Source: a virus. From it: a stretch of 64,000 nucleotides of DNA. How positions within the stretch are numbered: the first letter of the stretch is position 1; each line of letters begins with the position of its first letter. The notes beneath the pieces were generated by a model. The model was not told the origin of the DNA, made no database searches, and saw only the letters and a program-made list of their open reading frames with translations. The translations under genes were made by a program, and so were the position numbers. Of the stretch, positions 48,757 to 57,149 are shown one piece after another. Where the stretch lies: the IMG/VR virus record IMGVR_UViG_3300028283_000002, positions 88,666 to 152,665 of that record, one strand, 5' to 3'.

Positions 48757-49295
48757 TAACTAAATTCAAATTAAAAAACTGCATTCTTTTATGTAAAAAT
48801 TGTCATAATAAATTACATTATAGTATTAATTCTAATGTAGATAAAAAAGATAAAAAGATATTTTTAGAATATAAAGGTGTAAATGGTTGTATAATATGTG
48901 GATATAACGAATGTGTAGCATCTTTAGAATTTCATCATAAAGACCCAAAAGATAAATTATTTCTTATATCAAATAAAAGTCATTACTATAAATCAATAGA
49001 AAGTTTAAAAATTGAAATAGAAAAAGAAATAAATAAATGTGATGTTTTATGTTCAAATTGTCATGCTGAATCTCACCTCAACGATGGATTTTATGCATCA
49101 CACGAAGAAGAAATAATAAAGAAATCTAAAAATATGATTGAAAAAATGATGAAAATAGATAGAGATATCATTTTATATCTTTTCAAGAATGGTTATAGAC
49201 AAATTGATATATCGAATGAATTGGGGATTAAAAGAGGAATAGTATCATCTATTTTCAAAGAATTAGGGCTTCCTAAAAAAACCATTGAACATTGA
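48753..49295 (+). CDS. HNH endonuclease with C-terminal HTH, N-terminally truncated
   Basis: CIICGY..LEFHH..CDVLCSNCH; the ORF opens with the tail of a second HNH repeat (LCKNCH). Confidence 0.75.
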   Translation: MITKFKLKNCILLCKNCHNKLHYSINSNVDKKDKKIFLEYKGVNGCIICGYNECVASLEFHHKDPKDKLFLISNKSHYYKSIESLKIEIEKEINKCDVLCSNCHAESHLNDGFYASHEEEIIKKSKNMIEKMMKIDRDIILYLFKNGYRQIDISNELGIKRGIVSSIFKELGLPKKTIEH

Positions 49296-49323
49296 AAAAC
49301 CAGACTAAAAAGTCTGGTTTTTC
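49294..49323. terminator. bidirectional intrinsic terminator
   Basis: AAAAACCAGACT-AAAA-AGTCTGGTTTTT perfect stem. Confidence 0.85.
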
Positions 49324-49324
49324 A

Positions 49325-50010
49325 CACTTACCTCATTACCTGTCTTCCTCCAGGATTGACTTTCGTCTTATCGGATTCATATTTGGACTTTTATTTTGTG
49401 AATGTTACCATTCACGAGATAAGTTTTTTGCTCTTAAACTAAATGGTGGTTAAAACTCTTGAAAATTTAATCCCTTTTCGGCTTTCTGAAGGCCTACTTC
49501 GGTTTGGATTATCTGTCCCATTGCTGGGTCAAACCATTTAAAGATTGAAACTTTGAAGAAGTAAAGATGAGTTCAGAATACTCAAAATTATTTTTTCAAA
49601 CTTTCAAAGAACTTTTAAAAAACTAAAAGAACTGGTCATTATCTGCGCAATATCCTCTCTAGGAGGAATAGACAGGATGAGCCTTGGATATATCTTTCAG
49701 CGTTTCAAAGAACTATAAGAACTAAGTCGTAATAGCTGTTACATTTCACAGTAACAAATTAAGTGCGAAGGGCCTCCACCTTTCGGTCATACACAGTCTC
49801 ACTTTCCTCACACACTATTACAGCCGACTGAACCTAAACTTGTACTCAGTCCTATAAGAGCTTAAAAATGGAAGCGAGTGCCCTACTCGCAAATGAGGGA
49901 AAATAAAGCCTAGTATATAGGGAATTTAAGCCTCATATAACTATCCATATCATTACCCAATTAAGGGCTACTTGGAATCGTTTACCATTTATATTCAAAG
50001 AACTTGCTTC
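49325..50010 (-). ncRNA. putative large structured non-coding RNA (or cluster of RNAs), family not recognised
   Basis: No ORF; appears GC-richer than flanks; upstream promoter, boxA copies, GNRA hairpins on the minus strand, long-range stems, downstream terminator. Confidence 0.7.
49994..50004 (-). promoter_or_regulatory. boxA-like antitermination element AGTTCTTTGAA (identical copies at 49704-49714 and 49603-49613)
   Basis: Three exact 11-mers matching the rrn boxA variant GTTCTTTGA; the first lies ~15 nt after a promoter. Confidence 0.65.
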
Positions 50011-50021
50011 GAATTCTTATA

Positions 50022-50053
50022 CAAAGATAAGAAGTCTTGTTGAGATAAAAAAA
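50022..50053 (-). promoter_or_regulatory. Bacteroidota sigma-A type promoter (TATCTTTG -7 element)
   Basis: TTTTTTATCTC-spacer-TATCTTTGTAT, repeated at 50174-50205. Confidence 0.65.
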
Positions 50054-50173
50054 TCTTTTGAAAGAATTTTTATCAAATTTTAAAATACCTACTTGTGGGT
50101 TGAATGGTTATCTCGCCTTTCAGTATTCAGTCAGTCTGTGGACTGAAAATTTGATTATCTCATTTTGACTATA

Positions 50174-50205
50174 CAAAGATACGCCACTTTCACGAGATAA
50201 AAAAA
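50174..50205 (-). promoter_or_regulatory. second tandem Bacteroidota-type promoter (TATCTTTG)
   Basis: Same architecture as 50022-50053. Confidence 0.6.
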
Positions 50206-50337
50206 TTATTTGATAAATTTTTTAAAACAACACTAAACAAAGAGCTTTTACTAAATCGTCAGTAATAACAGATTTTATATATTATATATACCTGAGAAAT
50301 TCCTTTGTTTTAAAAAAATTCAAGAAAATATAAAACT

Positions 50338-50505
50338 TTGAAAGACAAACCTTTAGATAAAAAAGAGACTATTTGGCTTTGTCCAGACTGTGATGGGAAA
50401 GGTTATATTGAAAAAGGACAATGTCCATTATGTAAAGGTAAAGGTGAACTTAGATTTACCACTTCCTCTCAAAAGGATTTCGAAGATCCCCAGCCTTCTG
50501 ATTAA
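50338..50505 (+). CDS. small DnaJ-type zinc-finger protein
   Basis: TTG start; CPDCDGKG...CPLCKGKG; 55 aa, below the ORF-track cutoff. Confidence 0.55.
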   Translation: MKDKPLDKKETIWLCPDCDGKGYIEKGQCPLCKGKGELRFTTSSQKDFEDPQPSD

Positions 50506-52726
50506 ATGGTGATAAGAAAGGTATAGGTTTTATATCAGGCTTAACTTTAGGATAAAATCTTTTATACGCTCCACTAAATGATTGAAAATCAACCATTGAT
50601 CCGTCGTCTTTACTACCTAAGAATTTAAGTATAACTTGTTTCTCTTTTTCGGTTATATCGTAATCTGAATAAGTATCTACCATATTTCTGTAATAGTTAT
50701 TATCAAATAAACTACTTAAATTTATAAGAGACATTACACAATCATCGTTGCCTGTTTCTGAACGATAAGTTATATCCCCTCCTGGTGTTTCTTTCTTAGA
50801 GAAAGATTTTAATTCTATGATATTCTTTTCGTTATGAAGAACTAAATTATCTTTCTTAACAGCGTCTTGAAAATCTTTTAAAAGTAATTTCTTATTATAA
50901 CCTATAAGTAATCCTATCTTTGGTTTCTGATCTGTTTCTCTATGTTTATATCTGGCAAATATAGCGTCCATAAAATCATTATTATCATTGAATACGTGGC
51001 GCATGTTATTAACCAAATCGTTACCTAAATTTTTATTCATTTCCACTACTATCTTAACTTTCTCTGGGTCAAAGATTTCAAAAACTAAAAGGTATAATAT
51101 ATGAGCAACTTCATTTATAGAGTAAACGTTATTTCTAAATAAACCTATTTGTTCTAGTTTAAATAAGTCATATTTATTTGAATAAAAGTCTTTCTTTTTT
51201 TCTATGAGTTTTTCGTCCTTCATCATTAATCTAAAGATATTGAATACAGTATAATCTAAACCTAATCCTTCAGCCAAATCTATACCTATCGTGATATAAT
51301 AGTCTTTAGCTTTGGCTAAATCAAATATTTCTGGATGATCTAACATGAAAGTTAGACTGTCGTATGGAAGAGTTAATTTCTTTTCAAAATTTTCTAAATG
51401 AGGAGTTCCAAATTCGTACTGTTCGTTCATGAAACTTTCAAACATAACACTATCGAATAACAATTTATCATCTGTAATGAACTGAATCTCGTACTCCTGA
51501 TTGAACATCGCTTTACCACCAATAAGAGATGTTTGTTCTTCTTGCCAGTTAGTTATTCTTACGACTTCGGGTAAAGGTATGACCTCATTTATTCTTATTG
51601 TTCTAATTTCGTCGATTCTACAATTTTCCCTAACTGTTTTACCATCGTCTTCAAAGAATTTAATGAAATACCAAGTTTCTTGTTCAAGTCTTTTACTATA
51701 CATTTCGTAACCTAGTTCTTGTAATCTATTTAATATTTCATCTTGTGTAACGTTATATTGACGCATTTTATGTTCAAGAAACATAAACTTTGTATCTCTT
51801 CTACCTTTAACTTGATGCCAGTAGACACGCATAGCCTCGTATTTATTCCATCTTGGGTCTTCTTTTGGTCTTTCAGCGTCTACTAATAATTCCCAGAATA
51901 AATTATAACCGTCAGGTGTTGATGTTATAATAATTTTAGAATTTTCTACCTGTACAACAGTAGGTACAACAGCACCGTAGTACTGACGTACAATATTCTC
52001 AGGAACTTTCGCGAACTCATCGAGATACAACAAGTCAATGGTAAAACCGATAGATGGATCTTTAGATCTCGCCTGACTTTGAATTCTACTATTATTATCA
52101 AAGGCTATCTGTTTTTCGTTCCAGTTTGTTACACCTGTCTTTAAGAAGAAAGGTAACAATTTATAAATATCCTTTATCTTTCTGATAATTTCTTTTACTG
52201 TATCACCTTTATTAGCCACGATCATAACACCTTTATCATCATTAAACATCACAAGATGTAGAATAACAATGGATGCTGAAACCGTATTTAAACTTAATAT
52301 ATCGTTTGTATAATAACTATGTTCATTTGAACTAATGGACAGATCGAACATTGAAACATTATGTTTTAATTTTTTGATAGATTTAACTTTAGAAGGGCCT
52401 AGCTTAGTTAGAACGATATCGTTAGTTGTTAGATCTTTAACAAATTTGATCATGTGTCCTTCGCAAAAAATAGTATGTATATCGGCACATTCTAGTTTTA
52501 GTCCATTTTCGAGTTCTAGTTCGTGTATAGCGTATGGTTGAGTAAAATTTATTTCTTCGATTGGAACAAAGCCGTAGTCTGTTTCGACCAATAAATTTTT
52601 AATTGGTAGAATATTGATCACTTTTTTCAAAGGATCATCTTCGTCAAATTTAGTATTTTTATATTCGTATTTTTCAATTAGTTCTATTAACCAGTATATT
52701 ATATTTTTTAAAAAATTTTTAAACAT
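50456..52726 (-). CDS. terL: terminase large subunit, C-terminal part, fused to a split-intein C-fragment
   Basis: LLYLDEFA (Walker B), IIITSTPDG, FNQEY, IGIDLAEG, NDDCVMS; Walker A absent and replaced by a Hint fragment ending ILSLN/T. Confidence 0.9.
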   Translation of the reverse strand: MFKNFLKNIIYWLIELIEKYEYKNTKFDEDDPLKKVINILPIKNLLVETDYGFVPIEEINFTQPYAIHELELENGLKLECADIHTIFCEGHMIKFVKDLTTNDIVLTKLGPSKVKSIKKLKHNVSMFDLSISSNEHSYYTNDILSLNTVSASIVILHLVMFNDDKGVMIVANKGDTVKEIIRKIKDIYKLLPFFLKTGVTNWNEKQIAFDNNSRIQSQARSKDPSIGFTIDLLYLDEFAKVPENIVRQYYGAVVPTVVQVENSKIIITSTPDGYNLFWELLVDAERPKEDPRWNKYEAMRVYWHQVKGRRDTKFMFLEHKMRQYNVTQDEILNRLQELGYEMYSKRLEQETWYFIKFFEDDGKTVRENCRIDEIRTIRINEVIPLPEVVRITNWQEEQTSLIGGKAMFNQEYEIQFITDDKLLFDSVMFESFMNEQYEFGTPHLENFEKKLTLPYDSLTFMLDHPEIFDLAKAKDYYITIGIDLAEGLGLDYTVFNIFRLMMKDEKLIEKKKDFYSNKYDLFKLEQIGLFRNNVYSINEVAHILYLLVFEIFDPEKVKIVVEMNKNLGNDLVNNMRHVFNDNNDFMDAIFARYKHRETDQKPKIGLLIGYNKKLLLKDFQDAVKKDNLVLHNEKNIIELKSFSKKETPGGDITYRSETGNDDCVMSLINLSSLFDNNYYRNMVDTYSDYDITEKEKQVILKFLGSKDDGSMVDFQSFSGAYKRFYPKVKPDIKPIPFLSPFNQKAGDLRNPFERKW
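52286..52726 (-). mobile_element. intein C-fragment (atypically split, long IntC)
   Basis: ELENGLKLECADIH (block B-like), MFDL..SYYTNDILSLN (blocks F/G); no N-terminal Cys/Ser block A. Confidence 0.8.
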
Positions 52727-53720
52727 AATTTATTTTATATTTTAAATGACCTGAATCATATATTCTATATATATTTTTTTCTATCATTATTTCGTGTTCG
52801 GTTTTATTAGGATCGGCCCCGTTTTTAACCAATATGTCTTTTCTGAATCCGAATCTATATTTTCTAATTCCGTCTATTACATAATAATAATTAGGCTTAG
52901 TTTTATGAATCAACTTAAATCCGTTATTTTCTATATATTCTATAACTCTGTAAGTATCAAATATAGAAGGTAAATAATGCCCAGCGTATATTAATTTTTC
53001 ATTAATACCTTTTTTCTTTAAAGCTTCTCTATTATCGTCACAAATAGAAAGTTCATGTAGATTGAGATAATCTAATCCTATTTCATTTAATCTTGGAAGC
53101 ACTGATATAAGTTTATCCACTTGCCAGAATTCAGATGGCACTTCGACACAAATCTTATCAAATATTTTTTTACAATATACAAGTTTATCAATTATATCTT
53201 CTCTATATCCTGTGGCAGCTAGATCAAATCTAATTTCATTTATACCGTGTTCTTTTAATTTAATACAATCTTCTTCTGTAACAAGAGTACCATTAGTATA
53301 AATCCATTTATAAAGATTGAGCTGTTCAAAATTTTCGTTGATGAAATCCAACCATTCATATACTTTATCAAGGTACATAAAAGGTTCTCCTCCAGAAAAT
53401 GATATACCTGTTATTCTAGGATTTTTATAAATAACTCTTTTTAAATCATCCAATGAATGTATATCATCGTTACCACCGTTTGCCCATATAAATTCATCAA
53501 CTCCGTGTCTTGATATTTGTGGACAAGAAGCGCATTTAAGGTTACAACTAACACCTATATAAACACAAATCCATTGTCCACTTTTACAAGCGTAGCAACC
53601 TTCTGATAATTTTTTTCCAACTGGTACTATGGTGGCTCCAGAGTTTGATATTTCAATTTTATCTATAATTCTCTGTCTTAATGAGTCTGATATATTCCTG
53701 GCATCTACATATTCTATCAT
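52719..53720 (-). CDS. radical SAM protein with a fused endonuclease-derived C-terminal tail
   Basis: CNLKCASC, SFSGGEP, YTNG, EIRFD; last ~60 aa nearly identical to the C-terminus of 40867-42396. Confidence 0.85.
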   Translation of the reverse strand: MIEYVDARNISDSLRQRIIDKIEISNSGATIVPVGKKLSEGCYACKSGQWICVYIGVSCNLKCASCPQISRHGVDEFIWANGGNDDIHSLDDLKRVIYKNPRITGISFSGGEPFMYLDKVYEWLDFINENFEQLNLYKWIYTNGTLVTEEDCIKLKEHGINEIRFDLAATGYREDIIDKLVYCKKIFDKICVEVPSEFWQVDKLISVLPRLNEIGLDYLNLHELSICDDNREALKKKGINEKLIYAGHYLPSIFDTYRVIEYIENNGFKLIHKTKPNYYYVIDGIRKYRFGFRKDILVKNGADPNKTEHEIMIEKNIYRIYDSGHLKYKINYV

Positions 53721-54439
53721 ATTGAGTTATTATTTTTTTCATCGTATATAACAAATATTTCCCCTAATTCATCTTTCAGTTCTTCTTCAATGTTATTAAC
53801 AAGTATATTTCTTATATTTATATTTTTACTATCTAATTTAACTTTATTATCAACCTTATTATTCTCAGTATAAAAAACGTTGTTAAACTGATTATTATTT
53901 AAGAAGATATCGATTTTATTTTTATATTCAGCTTTATCTAACAACTCACTATTTATTGTAATATCTATAAAATCTTTAGTTAGATTAATTTTTTCAATAT
54001 CATCAATTTCTTTTATTATATATTCTACGAACCTGGGGCTAAACTTGTTTGGAATGAATTTAATTTTATTATCTTTTATTATATTATAACCAATCTGATC
54101 TGTACTATCTTTGTTCAGTTGAAATAATGATATGTCTTTAATTTCGTAATTCAGTTTATCAACTACTTTGATGTATTCGTTAAATAAAGGATAGCAGTAA
54201 TCATTACCAATCATAAATACATTTGAAAACTGAGTCAGAACACCAAGAATTCTTTTTACTTCGTTAATAAGAGAGAAAGTGGTGTGTTTATTATTATAAA
54301 AGAAATCCCCATTAATAATGACTTCGTGCTCTTTCGAACCAGATTTCATTAATGTTTGTATGAAATCTCGGAAGAAATCTAATTGAGATTTAGATAATTT
54401 TGGGTGTCCAAATTTTATATTGGTGAGTATAAAAATCAT
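53717..54439 (-). CDS. degenerate Mre11/SbcD/gp47-like metallophosphoesterase
   Basis: TNIKFG (for SDxHxG), INGDFF, IGND (for GNHD). Confidence 0.55.
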   Translation of the reverse strand: MIFILTNIKFGHPKLSKSQLDFFRDFIQTLMKSGSKEHEVIINGDFFYNNKHTTFSLINEVKRILGVLTQFSNVFMIGNDYCYPLFNEYIKVVDKLNYEIKDISLFQLNKDSTDQIGYNIIKDNKIKFIPNKFSPRFVEYIIKEIDDIEKINLTKDFIDITINSELLDKAEYKNKIDIFLNNNQFNNVFYTENNKVDNKVKLDSKNINIRNILVNNIEEELKDELGEIFVIYDEKNNNSI

Positions 54440-54504
54440 AAACTATTTATGAGAAATGTGGTTAAAAGTTTAATAAAAAACCCAGTCGTTTGGCTGGGTT
54501 AGAT

Positions 54505-55302
54505 TTACTTTTTAATTCCTGATAGTAAGGCAATTAAACTATTTAATAGTTGTTTATGAATATTTTGTGGTATATTAGTTACAACTGAGAAATTATTATT
54601 ACCTGATATTTTAATTTGTCCAAAACTTTCATTTAATAATCTATCTTGTTTCGTGTTTTTCAAAAAATGTCCTACAAGTGCATTCATAAATGGTTGTATT
54701 TCAAAAGCTTTATCGTTATTCCTTATGACATGAATTTCACCTTGCTTTTCTGTTAAAAGGTACCAGTAATCTTCTTTAGATAAAAGTCTTTTTTCAAACA
54801 TTGTATTTATTTCTGAAAATTTAACGTCTTTATAATAAATTAATTTACCAATGGTTTTAATTCTTTCAATGGTTAAATCTACTTGATTATCAGGTGTATT
54901 TTTTTCAGTTTCTTCTTCTTCGTCTTCGATTACTGTTTTCTTTTTCTGTTGCACTCTTTCTACTGGCTTTTCAGTTTTTTGTGGCGGAGGTGTTTGTGTT
55001 GATGGTACTGGAGCGATAGCAGCCTCTGTAAATTTTCTTATTGTAGTTTTATTTTCAAACGCTCTATTTTTTGGATAATGCTCTGTAACATCATCAATAG
55101 TAATTTTAACAGCCCCTCCATTTTTACCTTTTATAAGGAAGTAGTTTTCATATACACCAGATACTTCGCCTCTAATTTCTCTGTTGTTATAGACAGCAAC
55201 AAGAATATCACCTACTTTAACTGAGTTTACGTTCTCAGTAATAGGCAAATCTTCCACTTTTATATTAGCGTTATATAAGTTATATAATTCGTGCAATTCC
55301 AT
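54505..55302 (-). CDS. hypothetical protein (putative head-associated)
   Basis: 265 aa; ITEN and LNES-type possible prohead protease sites; C-domain paralogous to 17733-18119. Confidence 0.65.
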   Translation of the reverse strand: MELHELYNLYNANIKVEDLPITENVNSVKVGDILVAVYNNREIRGEVSGVYENYFLIKGKNGGAVKITIDDVTEHYPKNRAFENKTTIRKFTEAAIAPVPSTQTPPPQKTEKPVERVQQKKKTVIEDEEEETEKNTPDNQVDLTIERIKTIGKLIYYKDVKFSEINTMFEKRLLSKEDYWYLLTEKQGEIHVIRNNDKAFEIQPFMNALVGHFLKNTKQDRLLNESFGQIKISGNNNFSVVTNIPQNIHKQLLNSLIALLSGIKK

Positions 55303-55380
55303 ATTTCTTTCTAAAAATAAAGGTCTATCATCATTGGAGAGGTAGATAGACCCTTATTCGTATTATTTTTTTATTTTATA

Positions 55381-55899
55381 TTATATAGCCTGTCCACCAC
55401 CTTGTGCTGGAGGTATCTGAGCTGCTGTCTGTTGTGCTCCCTGTGCGGGAACTTGTGCTTGTCCGCCTTGTGGCACTTGTGCTTGTGGTTGTGCTCCTGG
55501 TTGTCCTTGTGCCTGTGGTTGAGCAGGTAATTGAGCTTGAGCAGGTTGTGTTTCGTCAAGATCTTCTGTTTGTGATTGTGGACCTTGTGCTTGAGCACCT
55601 TGAGCCTTTGCGTATTGATCACCCAAGATTAAGTTAACAGGAAGGTTTTCGATGCTAACATAAGATGTGATGATATAATCTGCAATTTCTTCTGATAATT
55701 CAACGTCAGAATAGAACTGGCTGATGTTTTTACCACTTTCGTCTTTTACTTTCTTTTTGAAAGCGTTAACGAGAGACATAGGAATATCAATACGTTTTCT
55801 AACTCTATAAACGTCGTCGACAGCTTGAACGTTTTCAGTCAAAGGTGTGATATTTCTTTTACCTTGAAATTCTCCAAATTCGTATAAATTCTTGTTCAT
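55381..55899 (-). CDS. hypothetical protein with Gln/Ala/Pro/Gly-rich tail
   Basis: MNKNLYEFGEF..LTEN; AQPQAQG-type repeats; TAATATATA at 55922-55930. Confidence 0.7.
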   Translation of the reverse strand: MNKNLYEFGEFQGKRNITPLTENVQAVDDVYRVRKRIDIPMSLVNAFKKKVKDESGKNISQFYSDVELSEEIADYIITSYVSIENLPVNLILGDQYAKAQGAQAQGPQSQTEDLDETQPAQAQLPAQPQAQGQPGAQPQAQVPQGGQAQVPAQGAQQTAAQIPPAQGGGQAI

Positions 55900-55949
55900 A
55901 ATTTTAACTTTATTTTTTATGTATATATTAATATTTTATTCTGTTTTTT

Positions 55950-56261
55950 TTAATATTTGTTTCTTTTACTTCTTTTACTTACTTTTAAGTAATGTTTCAT
56001 TTCACCGTTCTTTTCTATTGAAGTTACATCCATTATTATATAACCCAAAGGCGTAATCAAATTTGTAATTCTATCCATAATTAGATCTTCGTCGTTATCG
56101 TATTCGTCTTTATCTTTATTATTTTCAATCTTATCTAATATATCTAAAATTTCTTTTTTATAATTTTTTGGGAAACATTTGGCAAATTTCTTAACTGATA
56201 TAAATATGTTTAATGGTACATCAATAGAAATTTCTTCAAACAATTTAATGTATTCTCCCAT
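55950..56261 (-). CDS. hypothetical protein (candidate internal head protein)
   Basis: N-terminus MGEYIKLFEE. Confidence 0.65.
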   Translation of the reverse strand: MGEYIKLFEEISIDVPLNIFISVKKFAKCFPKNYKKEILDILDKIENNKDKDEYDNDEDLIMDRITNLITPLGYIIMDVTSIEKNGEMKHYLKVSKRSKRNKY

Positions 56262-56290
56262 AATACTATATATTGAAGTTTAAAACTGGT

Positions 56291-57109
56291 TTATTTTCCC
56301 CATCTCCAATTCCATATATCGTAATGTACTGAAACACCCACACTCCAACCAAATCTCGGATTAGCTAAATTGTAATCAGTATTCAATCCAAACCCAACAT
56401 AAGGACCAAATCCAAAATTAGGTCTTGGCTTAGGTGGTTTTTCGGGTTGTTTTTCAATTATATACGCTCCTTCCAATCCAGTTATTTTTAATAAAGGAGA
56501 TTTATTAATAATAAACACTTCATATTTATCTTTGTATTCTCTAAACCCATATATTAAATTCATTGTTGTTAAGTTAGTACAAAACAATGTTGTATCTGGT
56601 TTTAATATCCATTTTTTAGTTACGTCATCAGGATAAGCAAAAAATCTACTTTCACCGTCAAGTTTTTGTGAAAAACTGGAGTCAGCGTAATTAAAATCAA
56701 ACTTTAACCCATATTTATTTGTTTGTTTATCAACTATAATTAATTGATTACCAGCGGTTATACCAGCCAGATTAGCGCTCACTTTAGCGTCGATAGCAGC
56801 GATTACGTCGCCTTTAACTTTACTTAATTGATTATAAAGATATTCATTATATTTTTTTAAATCTTTAAGTTCGTTAACAACGTAATTATCTTTGGATATT
56901 TCGTAAGCGTTTAATTTCTTATTAAATTCAGATGTTATGCTATCTCTCATAGCGCTCCAATTTTGAGCATCTTGCTTTTGTTGATATTCCCACGTAGCTC
57001 TTTCATTTCTTAGAGTACTACATGTAGTGAAGAATAAAGTAAATCCTATAATACAAAGCACAAAAAGTGCTATAGGATAATATTTTTTAATAATTTCCAG
57101 TGTAGTCAT
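56291..57109 (-). CDS. membrane-anchored coiled-coil protein, possible spanin-like lysis protein
   Basis: N-terminal TM segment, coiled coil, C-terminal amphipathic beta-hairpin FGFGPYVGFG..VGVSVHY. Confidence 0.5.
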   Translation of the reverse strand: MTTLEIIKKYYPIALFVLCIIGFTLFFTTCSTLRNERATWEYQQKQDAQNWSAMRDSITSEFNKKLNAYEISKDNYVVNELKDLKKYNEYLYNQLSKVKGDVIAAIDAKVSANLAGITAGNQLIIVDKQTNKYGLKFDFNYADSSFSQKLDGESRFFAYPDDVTKKWILKPDTTLFCTNLTTMNLIYGFREYKDKYEVFIINKSPLLKITGLEGAYIIEKQPEKPPKPRPNFGFGPYVGFGLNTDYNLANPRFGWSVGVSVHYDIWNWRWGK

Positions 57110-57149
57110 AATTAATTTTTATTTTATATATTAAAAGGTTTTAGTCCTA

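Noticed and set aside
49795-49812. GAGGAAAGU on the minus strand, resembling the RNase P RNA conserved region
   Set aside because: No matching 3' P4 partner (AACCCGGCUU-like) could be found; insufficient to name the RNA
49325-50200. tRNA or tmRNA genes in the non-coding locus
   Set aside because: No GTTCRA T-loop within a cloverleaf and no tmRNA-type ends were seen by eye
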